Shown: positions 21,521 through 30,398 of the stretch, in pieces | How positions within the stretch are numbered: position 1 is the stretch's first letter | Layout of the letters: every line of letters begins with the position of its first letter | Origin: Candidatus Margulisiibacteriota bacterium | Lineage (GTDB): Bacteria > Margulisbacteria > Riflemargulisbacteria > GWF2-35-9 | Direction of reading: 5' to 3' | Assembly (NCBI GenBank): GCA_028715625.1 | Contig: JAQURL010000002.1 | Span: forward strand, 2,438 to 66,437 | DNA: 64,000 nt | Notes under the pieces: generated by a model | Told to the model about the DNA's origin: nothing | What the model saw: the letters and a program-made list of their open reading frames with translations, nothing else | Database searches by the model: none | Made by a program: the position numbers and the translations under genes

Positions 21521-22373
21521 CGAACAGGGATCAATCCGCCTTGATGTTTGGCTTAGCAAACAGACCGAGAAAAGCCGTTCTTTTATTAAAAATTGTTGTG
21601 AATCAAATAAGGTTTTTATTAATAACCGTCCGGTAAAGGTCAGTCGTTTATTAAAGCCTGGGGATGTTGTTCAATATGACCTGTCAGAAGAACCCCTTCT
21701 TCTAACCCCTTCGGCAATAGAGCTGGATATTGTTTACGAAGATGAATCACTAATTGTTATTAATAAACCTTCCGGTTTAACTGTTCATCCGGGAGCTGGC
21801 AATAAAACCGAGACCCTTGTAAACGCGCTTCTCTATTATAACCAGAGCCTGTCAACCTTCGGCGGGCTGGATCGACCGGGAATTGTTCATCGTCTGGATA
21901 AAGATACGTCCGGCCTGTTGGTTGTTGCAAAAAATAATTCCATTCATGAAAAACTCGCCGCGCAATTCAAAAGTCGTCTGGTGAAAAAAAAATATGTAGC
22001 ACTGCTTTATGGTTATTTAAAAGAAAAAAGCGGTACTATTGAGCTGCCTATCGGCCGCAACCCTCACAATTATAAAAAATTTATGGTCAATTTACAAAAA
22101 GGCAGAGCAGCTGTAACTGAATATATAGTTTTAAAAGAAGCCAACGAAAAAAGCCTGGTGGATATAACGCTGCATACCGGAAGAACTCATCAGATAAGAG
22201 TTCACTTCAGCTATCTGAACCATCCTCTGGTAGGGGATTCGTTATATGGGAAACAATCAGCAGGAAAGCAACTGCTTCATGCCTATTGTCTGGGCTTTTA
22301 TCATCCCCTGCACAAAGGGTGGGTAGAATTTAAAACCAATTTTCCATCCTGGGCCAATTTAAAATCCTTCTAA
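21501..22373 (+). CDS. rluD: RluA/RluD-family 23S rRNA pseudouridine synthase
   Basis: S4 domain at the N-terminus, catalytic HRLDKDTSGLLVVAK, and HTGRTHQIRVH. Confidence 0.9.
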   Translation: MQKKEFNEQGSIRLDVWLSKQTEKSRSFIKNCCESNKVFINNRPVKVSRLLKPGDVVQYDLSEEPLLLTPSAIELDIVYEDESLIVINKPSGLTVHPGAGNKTETLVNALLYYNQSLSTFGGLDRPGIVHRLDKDTSGLLVVAKNNSIHEKLAAQFKSRLVKKKYVALLYGYLKEKSGTIELPIGRNPHNYKKFMVNLQKGRAAVTEYIVLKEANEKSLVDITLHTGRTHQIRVHFSYLNHPLVGDSLYGKQSAGKQLLHAYCLGFYHPLHKGWVEFKTNFPSWANLKSF

Positions 22374-22460
22374 TCTACTAAATGTAGGGTTTTTTCCCTC
22401 CTTTATTTTTTATTAGTACTACCCCTATGGATTACCCGGTTTTCCTGGCAAGGTGATGAT

Positions 22461-22488
22461 TTGATTTTCAATTCAAAATACGTATAAT
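22461..22488 (+). promoter_or_regulatory. sigma70-like promoter candidate for the yggS-sepF-proC cluster
   Basis: TTGATT (22461-22466), 16-nt spacer, consensus TATAAT (22483-22488), 37 nt before the yggS ATG. Confidence 0.4.
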
Positions 22489-22524
22489 TAATCTTACTGA
22501 TACCTTTTTCAAGGCAGGGGGAAA

Positions 22525-23184
22525 ATGTTCTATAGTGATAATATTAAAAAAGTTAAGGATATCATATCCCAAAATAAGGTTGTGCCCGAGGTAACTTTAA
22601 TTGGAGTAACAAAAACGTTGTCCACAGAGCAAACCGAGCAGGCCATTCAGTCCGGGCTTCAACATATTGGAGAAAATCGGCTACAAATAGCTGAGCCTAA
22701 AATTATGGCTCTGGCTAATAGATATAAGGTTACCTGGCATTTCATCGGTACAATTCAAAAAAATAAAGCAAAAAAAATTGTTCAGCTGTTTCATGTTATC
22801 CACTCGGTAAATAGCTGGGATATATTAGCGTCCCTTAATAATTACGCGAAAGAATTGAATGTGAAACCTGACATTCTCTTGCAGGTCAATGTTTCCGGAG
22901 AAAAAAGCAAACAGGGTTTTTCAGCCAATGAAATAAGGCTTACTATTCGTTCTGTATACGATTATTCCAATGTGAACTTTATCGGTTATATGACAATGGC
23001 GCCCTATACCAATGATGAAGATTATTTACATTCAATCTTCAAACAATTAAAGGATCTTGCTGAAGAATTAAAAGAATCCGGCATCAATTACCAGCACTTA
23101 TCAATGGGAATGAGTAACGATTTTATTGTAGCCCTCAAGGATGGGGCGACTATGGTCCGGTTAGGGACCATATTATTTTCTTAA
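22525..23184 (+). CDS. yggS: YggS-family pyridoxal-phosphate homeostasis protein
   Basis: 219 aa with LIGVTKT (PLP lysine), HFIGTIQKNK and MGMSNDF motifs. Shows conserved synteny with sepF, proC and yggT. Confidence 0.85.
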   Translation: MFYSDNIKKVKDIISQNKVVPEVTLIGVTKTLSTEQTEQAIQSGLQHIGENRLQIAEPKIMALANRYKVTWHFIGTIQKNKAKKIVQLFHVIHSVNSWDILASLNNYAKELNVKPDILLQVNVSGEKSKQGFSANEIRLTIRSVYDYSNVNFIGYMTMAPYTNDEDYLHSIFKQLKDLAEELKESGINYQHLSMGMSNDFIVALKDGATMVRLGTILFS

Positions 23185-23195
23185 GGAGGAAAAAA

Positions 23196-23660
23196 ATGGT
23201 AAACGCTCAAAAAAATATGTTCGAAAAATTCAAGGTTTTTCTTGGTCTGGAAGATTCGGAATCGGTAAACGGTCCTGCGGAACAGACTGGCAGAAAATCC
23301 AACCAGAAGAATGCTTCCACTATAAGTCTGTCGTATTTCAAAAAAGGTTTCTCGGAAGTAAAAATTATCTCTCCCAAAAAATACTCTGATGCTCTTAATA
23401 TAGCTAATCTTTTAAAAGAAGAAACCCCCATGATTGTTAATTTTCAGTATTTGGATTCAATGAATATGAAAAGGTTTATGGATTTCATTTCCGGGACAAT
23501 TTATTCATTGAACGGCCATTTGGCAAGGCTCACCGATAATATAATCATGTTAACTCCAGCCAAGATTATTATTACTGAGGACCAGCCTGAAAAAACTGTA
23601 GAAACTTTAAAAAACAATGCCAACGAAGAAATAGTAGTAAGTCTAATAAATAACAATTGA
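23196..23660 (+). CDS. sepF: cell division protein SepF
   Basis: 154 aa. Disordered N-terminus, then the SepF core (KIISPKKYSDALNIANLLKEETPMIVNFQYLD...RFMDFISGTIYSLNGHL). AAGGAGG SD. Confidence 0.8.
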   Translation: MVNAQKNMFEKFKVFLGLEDSESVNGPAEQTGRKSNQKNASTISLSYFKKGFSEVKIISPKKYSDALNIANLLKEETPMIVNFQYLDSMNMKRFMDFISGTIYSLNGHLARLTDNIIMLTPAKIIITEDQPEKTVETLKNNANEEIVVSLINNN

Positions 23661-24463
23661 ATAAACAGAAAAAAATCTGCTTTATCGGTGCGGGCAATAT
23701 GGGTGAGGCTCTTATAAAAGGCCTTGGTAGGGATAAGTCTGCTTTTCAGATAGGAATATTTGATACCAACAAGGAACGCACTGCTGTTATTAAAAAAAAT
23801 TATAAGGTAGCTATACTGAAAACTGTTCTGGAAATCAATGAATATGAAATTTGTATCCTGGCCATCAAGCCACAGACTGTTCATGAGGTTATCGGGGAGT
23901 TATCTTCATTTTTAAAAAAAAATGTGCTTCTGGTTTCAATTGCTGCAGGTTTAACAATTGGTTTTTACAAAAAGTATTTCCCCCAAAATAGAATTGCCCG
24001 TGTGATGCCAAACACTCCTGCCCTGATTAACCAGGGGATGAGCGGAATATGTTTTTCAGCAGACTGTTCCTTGCAACATAAAAAAATCGTCTCCAAAATT
24101 TTTGAAAATGTTGGGGATATTCTGCCTATAGAAGAAAAACTGATGAACAGCGTAACCGCACTAAGTGGCAGTGGGCCTGCCTATTTCTTTTATTTCGCCG
24201 ATGTTTTTGCCAGGGAGGCCCTGGAAATAGGCTTAAATTATAATGATGCCCTGCATTTAATCAGCAAAACCATGCTGGGTGCTGCTCAGATGATTTTACG
24301 GAACAAACAGACACCGGCAGAGCTAGTCTCTATGGTGACTTCACCAAAGGGTACCACTGAGGCTGCCTTAAAAGTATTACAAGCGAGTGAAATTTCTGCT
24401 ATAATAAAAGACACCTTATTGGGGGCGAAGAAACGGGCAGAAGAATTAAGTAAGAATATATAA
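23657..24463 (+). CDS. proC: pyrroline-5-carboxylate reductase
   Basis: ICFIGAGNMGEALIKG, RVMPNTPALI and SPKGTTEAAL motifs. The TTG start overlaps the sepF stop. Confidence 0.9.
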   Translation: MNKQKKICFIGAGNMGEALIKGLGRDKSAFQIGIFDTNKERTAVIKKNYKVAILKTVLEINEYEICILAIKPQTVHEVIGELSSFLKKNVLLVSIAAGLTIGFYKKYFPQNRIARVMPNTPALINQGMSGICFSADCSLQHKKIVSKIFENVGDILPIEEKLMNSVTALSGSGPAYFFYFADVFAREALEIGLNYNDALHLISKTMLGAAQMILRNKQTPAELVSMVTSPKGTTEAALKVLQASEISAIIKDTLLGAKKRAEELSKNI

Positions 24464-24465
24464 TA

Positions 24466-24717
24466 ATGACCGTTCAAATAATATCTTTTGCTTTTCAGAT
24501 TTACGAATTCCTGCTGGTATTCAGGATTATTCTTACTTGGTTGCCGCACGATTACAATCACCCTCTGGTTCGTGGTCTTGGCAAAGTTACGGATCCATAT
24601 CTGGAAATGTTTCGCTCCTTGCCATTACAGTTCGGGGGGTTTGATTTTTCGCCGATAGTCGCATTTTTTGTATTAGACTTTATCAGGCAACTTGTTCTCA
24701 GGTTGTTTGTTTTTTAG
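24466..24717 (+). CDS. YggT-family membrane protein (copy 1)
   Basis: 83 aa, two TMs, with YggT-like FRIILTWLP...DFSPIVA. Sits in the canonical position after proC. Confidence 0.75.
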   Translation: MTVQIISFAFQIYEFLLVFRIILTWLPHDYNHPLVRGLGKVTDPYLEMFRSLPLQFGGFDFSPIVAFFVLDFIRQLVLRLFVF

Positions 24718-24969
24718 ATGTTCCTTTATTTTATTTTTAAAATCCTTTATTCAATACTTATCTTGCGTCTTGTTGCCAATGTATTGATTTTCTTTAAAAA
24801 AAATCGTAACCCTGTTCTTAATTTTTTTGTTCAAATTATAGTGTTTTTGTCTTATCCGTTGATAAAACCTTTTCAAAAGATTTTCTTAACACCTTTTGAT
24901 TTTTCTCCTCTGTTGCCACTTGCTCTTCTCGCTTATATTGTAGAACCGCTTCTAAGGTTCTTTTTCTAG
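24718..24969 (+). CDS. YggT-family membrane protein (copy 2)
   Basis: 83 aa, same length and topology as copy 1, with the shared FDFSPL motif. It starts immediately after the copy 1 stop. Confidence 0.65.
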   Translation: MFLYFIFKILYSILILRLVANVLIFFKKNRNPVLNFFVQIIVFLSYPLIKPFQKIFLTPFDFSPLLPLALLAYIVEPLLRFFF

Positions 24970-24971
24970 TT

Positions 24972-25238
24972 GTGCAGACCAAGCCCAAGCTTTTACACGT
25001 AAAAACAATAACCAATGCGAAAAAATGTGAAATTATTTATGAAAATGAAGATCATTTAAAAATAAAACTAAATATTATCCCTGAAAAGGGTAAGGCAAAC
25101 AAAAAAATAATTGATATACTGGCAAAACAATTGAAAATTCCCAAAAAAAAGTTGAAAATTATAAGTGGGGAATTAAGTCACAATAAAATTTTGGCTATTG
25201 AAGATTTTATTAAGCCCCTGCAAGACTTTTTTAATTGA
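24972..25238 (+). CDS. DUF167 (YggU) family protein
   Basis: 88 aa, GTG start. Core GKANKKIIDILAKQLKIPKKKLKIISGELSHNKIL resembles the DUF167 signature GkAN..li.fLak.l.v.k..v.i..G..sr.K. Confidence 0.7.
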   Translation: MQTKPKLLHVKTITNAKKCEIIYENEDHLKIKLNIIPEKGKANKKIIDILAKQLKIPKKKLKIISGELSHNKILAIEDFIKPLQDFFN

Positions 25239-25253
25239 GCTCTGTTTCAAATA

Positions 25254-28200
25254 ATGCTTCTAAAAACAATATACACTGTTCTTCTCTTTTTTTCTTTACT
25301 TTTTTGTGAAACTATTTCCAATAATGTTACCTTAAACGTTTTACCATCAACCTCGCCAACAACAGACAATGAGCCAAATCTCAGCACTAGCAACTTAATG
25401 GAACTTCTTGTGCTTGTGGATACAAAAAATCTTGAGGAAATTTCTCCGGCCATTATTCCCACAATGGCTATAATACCTGTTAATAGCGACTTGTACCCTA
25501 ATAAACAATATACGATTGAAAGTTTAAACAAACCCTCTGTCAACGAGCAGGAGCTTAAGGCAAATTTTGAAGTAACTCCTTCCGTTTCTATTTCCGGTAA
25601 TCTGATTCCTACTGTTGATCACAGTATCGTGGTGCTGGAAAGAAAAATTTTTAAGGTGGAGCTGTCTACTCCTTCCATTAAAGCCAGGGAGCCGGCATTG
25701 CAAAAAATTACTGATGAAGAAGATGTTCTGGAAAAACCTGTTACTTCCAGCTTCTGGAGAGATTTTCGTTGGGAACAATGGGAGGAAAAGCAAAAAAACG
25801 AAGACAACTTACACATAACACCATATATGGATGGCTTCGGTGAAATAAAACTTTATTCATTAAAGGTTAACGGAAATCGTAATAGTGCTTTATTGGACTC
25901 TGTTTATGTTGATTTAATGAGAAAAATAAAGGAGGTTGATTTCCAGATTGAATCGCGCTTTAACCTGCTTTTAAGGGCAAAAATCAATGAGGATACTGAG
26001 GTTAACTATAATATTCAGCAAGAACCGAATATGCCTCAAAAAACCGATATTAATTTAAAAATAAGAAAAAATATTATCAATTTTGGGGTCATTGATAAAG
26101 CATATTCTTTAGGGGCTTTTACAAATATCAGCAAAAAAATAGATGGAATATCAGTTGTAGGCAGTGAGGGGTCTTTCAATTACAACTTTGGGTACGGTCA
26201 AGCTAAAAGTCAGGCAGATTTCTTTAGCAGAACGGGTAGTGGAGTAAATGAATATGTGCTTCGTAACAAACCGATTTTGGAAAACTCTCTGAAAGTTTGG
26301 GTAAACGATGTTCTTCTGGTAGAAAATGTTGATTATCAGATCAACTATTTTGAGGGTAAGGTTGTTTTTAAAACTCCAAAAATGTCTCAGGATAATCTGA
26401 CTTTTTATTACGAATATACCAATCCCATAGAAGAATTCATTCCGATTGCTACACATGTAAATTTTATAGGGTTAAGCGGAGAGTACACAAAGCAGGCTCA
26501 GGATGAACTACAACCTATTTATAAGGAAATAAATGAAACCTATATTTTATCGTCCGATGTTAAAATGATACAGCTAAAAAAGAAACCGGTTAAATTTACT
26601 TCTGAAAAAATATGGTCCGACGGTTTGCCCTTAAAAAACAACCGCGACTATTATATTCATTATATTAATGGTAAAGTGTTTTTTCTGAATAAACCGTTAT
26701 CGCCAACGATAAACATCTCCTATCTTACTCCACAAACCCAGAAAAAAACTGAAGTATTTAACGGTAAAGGAAAGTTGGGTATTTATTACTTACAATTTAT
26801 GCCAATTCTGGAATATAGTGACGAAGTCATTGTACAGGACATGGTTTACAAAAGAGATGTGGACTATAAAATCGATTACATTAACGGTAGGTTGATGTTC
26901 AATTATCCAATTCCCCAAACATCTAAAATCGTTATTAATTATGAGCAACATGTATTGGGCAAATATTCCGCTACCAATCCTGAGACCGACTCAAATTATA
27001 AAGTTCAATTCGGATACTTCAAAGAGTTTGCCAAAGCGCAAAAAGACTTAAATACCAAATTAATTTCTGATACTTATAGCTCCCCATCTCTCAATGCTGA
27101 CAATAGCCTGACATTGTACCTAAGCTCCTGGCCGATTGTTTTAGATTCTATCGCAGTTTATGTTAATCAGCAGCTTATCAGTTCTGTTAATTACAACTTA
27201 AATGCTTATACCGGTGTGGTAACTATTAACAACACAGTAATAACCGGCTCTCAAAATGACGTAAATATAACCTATTATTATTATAAGGAATATGGACCGT
27301 CTCAATGGTTCTTTTCAGGAACCGATCCGGACTTTGAACACAATGTTATCTTTAATAATCAATCTGCCCATAGAATTCTCTCAAAAATGGAGCAGCCTGT
27401 TAAGTATGACCGCTACAACAACCAAATTCTCGTTGAGTATCAAAAAGCCTCTCAAGCAGGTTACTTAACACTGATTTATGGTAAGGATTATATTGTTGAT
27501 TATTATAATGCGGGAGTAAATGTAGGACAAATATATATAGTTTTGTTTAATCAATATCTTGGGAAAGATGGTATGGTTTACGGTGTTCCTGCCAACCTCA
27601 CATCTTATGATCAGTTTCGTATTACTTATAAATACAATAAATCCAACATACCAGACCCCGGCGACATTTCACATGAGCAATTTGAGGCAGTATATAATCA
27701 AAATTTCTCCAAAAATCTAGATATTTGTCTTGATGTAGCAAAAACCAGTAAGGAGTATTCCAGAAGTTTTCAAACTACAACCAATTATATAGCAGCAAAC
27801 GGACAATACGGGTTTACCTATTCTCTGAATTACCCGAACATTGTTGAAAACTCCGAAATAGTTTACATAAATGGTCAACCTAATGCCATAAAAAATGAGC
27901 ATTACTATATAAATTATGCTTTGGGAAAAATAACCTTTATAAACCTTAATCCTACACCTTCTGATAATGTCTATATCAAATACTCATATTACACAACAGA
28001 TTCCGGCGAAAACATACAAAAGGTCTTCAAGGAAGGTAATGCGGTTAATCTGCGAACCAAATATACCAATAATTTTTCCAGTTCTCAGTTGGAACTGGTT
28101 TCTGTTGATGATGATTTTGCTCCGTTCGGTTCCACGAAATATGCCGCAGGATCAAACGTTATCAACTTTGCTACAGCCGTAACACCTTACAATAACGTTT

Positions 28201-30398
28201 CTGTGGCTACCTCCTATTTTGTTAATAAAACAAAATTGGATACAGCTTCTTTAAATGGCACTAAATTATCTCAAACTCAAGAAAAAATAATGGCCGAGAT
28301 CGGTTATAAACCATTCAATATTCTGGCTGTTACCTATCACTGGGAAAAAGAAAACAATTTGTCGGATATAGATAATACAGTATCTCCAAACTCCAGAGCG
28401 GTCGATAATATCGGCTATAAAAATATGTTGGGAGTTTCTGTAGGCCCACAATATTTTCTTACAAACTTTTCTCTTAATCAGTATGACTACAGAAATGATT
28501 ATATGGATTTATCTAATGTTACAGACAAAAAATCCTACAGCTGGATAGTGGATAACACCTGCACGGCATATGATAACCGTTTCCAGCTTAAAACAATTCT
28601 TTCCAAAACAAATGAAACCGAACTGGAACCTCTTTCGGGTAATCATAAACTCAGAGAAAATGCCTATCAGAAATCATCTTTTCAGCTTACCTTAAAACCC
28701 TTACCCTTTCTAGATTTATATCATTTATATAACAGAGAACTTACTGAAGTTTATAACGGTTTTGATAGTAACAATAATCCTGTTTCAAATAATTATAGCC
28801 TGGTTACTTTGCAAAACTATCAACACAACATTACTCTATATCCGCAAATTCAGACCTTTATCGTTGATAACCCCAATTATCAATATTCCATTGCTCAGTC
28901 AGAAAAAGCTTCATTACTGGTCAGCCAGACTCCTGATACAACCTTCAGTTTGCTACATCAATTTACCTGGAAATTTATCAACCTTACCAATGTCCTTTAT
29001 AAAACTTCTAATGCTAACTCTTTAGAAAGCAACAATAATATCAATAAAAATGCTAATGTTACCGAGTATAATGTTTCCAGCTTTTATTTGTTCGGAAATA
29101 TTTTTCCTGTTCAAATACAAACTATTTCCCGCCGGTTCACAAAATCGTTTGATTCCAATAGTATTCCGCGAAACACAACATTATATTCATCCGGAGAAAA
29201 TTATTCCAGCGACTCCAGATATGGACTATCGTTAACACCATTGTCTAATCTTCGTTACAGTTTTGATTTTGCTTCGGCTACTAACTATTCATTTTCTACC
29301 GAGAACAGAACAACTGATACTTTGATATCTTTTCAAAATTATCCTAAAGAAAATACCAAACAGGTTATTCAATATACTTTGGGAGATTTACTTAAATCTC
29401 AATATACCAGTGATTATACTCTTGAGGAAAACTATAAAAATACCGTGTCTTTATCAACGGTAAATATAACTTCAGTTAATAGTGTATCCATTTATAATAA
29501 AACTGCCCATATTAATGCTCAAAACCTAAGCAATGCCTTGCTGTTTTTCAAATATCCTATTAATTTGAATATTAATCAAACTTATGACGATTATATTGAT
29601 ACTGACAAAGGTTTAAAGTATAGAATTATGCAGCTGATGAATATAAATACCAATATTCCTGTAGCCGATTTTAGCGTTTCTCCTGTTCTTAACTACAGCC
29701 GAACTATACAATACCTGAAGGTTTCCGCTGATATTGATTTGGCTGATATTCAGGGTAATTATAATTCATATTTGTATAACAAAACAATTGAGGGTCAGCT
29801 AAATTGCGTTAAACAACTTAATGCCCAGTTTTCCTTTTTGTTAAATTACGGTTATAAAAAAATCGAAGAAAATTTAATTACACCCCCTACTGAGGATATT
29901 AAAAGTATAAGCGTACATAGCCTGGGCATAGGGATGCTAATGTATTTACTGCCAAAATTATCTATCAGCTATACTTATACACTAAAAGCAAACATTAATG
30001 ACATTACACAAATGGCTTTTAACAACTATGCTGATGCATTCCTGGCAGAATACAGGCCTGATCCGGTAAATAATGGAAAATATACAAGCTCGGTGGTTGT
30101 TACCTTTAGAAGAGAACATAGCTGGGGTATCGGGCTTAATGATTACGCCAAATTTGAAAACAATCAGGTTAACGGAAACACGCTATCTACCGAAATTACC
30201 GATATAGATAATATTTCTTCTACCGGGGTAGTCGCGGCAAATATTGAAATACCGATGGCTGAAAGAAGTAACGGAACAATTGAGAAATTTGTTTTTACCG
30301 CTGAAGGAAATTATGTAGAAAAAAAGGATTTAACTGGAAAAACTGACTTTAACTATTCAATTATTTCTTTTATTTTTAGCGGAAAACTCATTTTTTAG
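25254..30398 (+). CDS. very large (1,714 aa) secreted / outer-membrane protein of unknown function
   Basis: Signal peptide MLLKTIYTVLLFFSLLFCE. The composition is N/S/T/Y-rich and Cys-poor throughout. The motif DY-x-I-x-Y-x-x-G-x-V-x-F recurs. The C-terminal ~700 aa has an alternating beta-strand-like pattern and ends ...ISFIFSGKLIF (aromatic C-terminal residue typical of an OMP beta-signal). Confidence 0.6.
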   Translation: MLLKTIYTVLLFFSLLFCETISNNVTLNVLPSTSPTTDNEPNLSTSNLMELLVLVDTKNLEEISPAIIPTMAIIPVNSDLYPNKQYTIESLNKPSVNEQELKANFEVTPSVSISGNLIPTVDHSIVVLERKIFKVELSTPSIKAREPALQKITDEEDVLEKPVTSSFWRDFRWEQWEEKQKNEDNLHITPYMDGFGEIKLYSLKVNGNRNSALLDSVYVDLMRKIKEVDFQIESRFNLLLRAKINEDTEVNYNIQQEPNMPQKTDINLKIRKNIINFGVIDKAYSLGAFTNISKKIDGISVVGSEGSFNYNFGYGQAKSQADFFSRTGSGVNEYVLRNKPILENSLKVWVNDVLLVENVDYQINYFEGKVVFKTPKMSQDNLTFYYEYTNPIEEFIPIATHVNFIGLSGEYTKQAQDELQPIYKEINETYILSSDVKMIQLKKKPVKFTSEKIWSDGLPLKNNRDYYIHYINGKVFFLNKPLSPTINISYLTPQTQKKTEVFNGKGKLGIYYLQFMPILEYSDEVIVQDMVYKRDVDYKIDYINGRLMFNYPIPQTSKIVINYEQHVLGKYSATNPETDSNYKVQFGYFKEFAKAQKDLNTKLISDTYSSPSLNADNSLTLYLSSWPIVLDSIAVYVNQQLISSVNYNLNAYTGVVTINNTVITGSQNDVNITYYYYKEYGPSQWFFSGTDPDFEHNVIFNNQSAHRILSKMEQPVKYDRYNNQILVEYQKASQAGYLTLIYGKDYIVDYYNAGVNVGQIYIVLFNQYLGKDGMVYGVPANLTSYDQFRITYKYNKSNIPDPGDISHEQFEAVYNQNFSKNLDICLDVAKTSKEYSRSFQTTTNYIAANGQYGFTYSLNYPNIVENSEIVYINGQPNAIKNEHYYINYALGKITFINLNPTPSDNVYIKYSYYTTDSGENIQKVFKEGNAVNLRTKYTNNFSSSQLELVSVDDDFAPFGSTKYAAGSNVINFATAVTPYNNVSVATSYFVNKTKLDTASLNGTKLSQTQEKIMAEIGYKPFNILAVTYHWEKENNLSDIDNTVSPNSRAVDNIGYKNMLGVSVGPQYFLTNFSLNQYDYRNDYMDLSNVTDKKSYSWIVDNTCTAYDNRFQLKTILSKTNETELEPLSGNHKLRENAYQKSSFQLTLKPLPFLDLYHLYNRELTEVYNGFDSNNNPVSNNYSLVTLQNYQHNITLYPQIQTFIVDNPNYQYSIAQSEKASLLVSQTPDTTFSLLHQFTWKFINLTNVLYKTSNANSLESNNNINKNANVTEYNVSSFYLFGNIFPVQIQTISRRFTKSFDSNSIPRNTTLYSSGENYSSDSRYGLSLTPLSNLRYSFDFASATNYSFSTENRTTDTLISFQNYPKENTKQVIQYTLGDLLKSQYTSDYTLEENYKNTVSLSTVNITSVNSVSIYNKTAHINAQNLSNALLFFKYPINLNINQTYDDYIDTDKGLKYRIMQLMNINTNIPVADFSVSPVLNYSRTIQYLKVSADIDLADIQGNYNSYLYNKTIEGQLNCVKQLNAQFSFLLNYGYKKIEENLITPPTEDIKSISVHSLGIGMLMYLLPKLSISYTYTLKANINDITQMAFNNYADAFLAEYRPDPVNNGKYTSSVVVTFRREHSWGIGLNDYAKFENNQVNGNTLSTEITDIDNISSTGVVAANIEIPMAERSNGTIEKFVFTAEGNYVEKKDLTGKTDFNYSIISFIFSGKLIF
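26300..27950 (+). repeat. coding repeats: recurring ~15-aa motif DY-x-(I/V)-x-Y-x-x-G-x-(V/I)-x-F inside the 1,714-aa ORF
   Basis: Instances: VENVDYQINYFEGKVVF (~26320-26370), NNRDYYIHYINGKVFF (~26641), KRDVDYKIDYINGRLMF (~26851), VNYNLNAYTGVVTI (~27186), GKDYIVDYYNAGVNVGQIYI (~27481), EHYYINYALGKITF (~27898). Confidence 0.55.

Noticed and set aside
25247-25543. 98-aa minus-strand ORF at the start of the 1,714-aa gene.
   Set aside because: It is antisense to the signal-peptide region of the giant ORF. It has no SD and no motif, and is most likely a shadow ORF.
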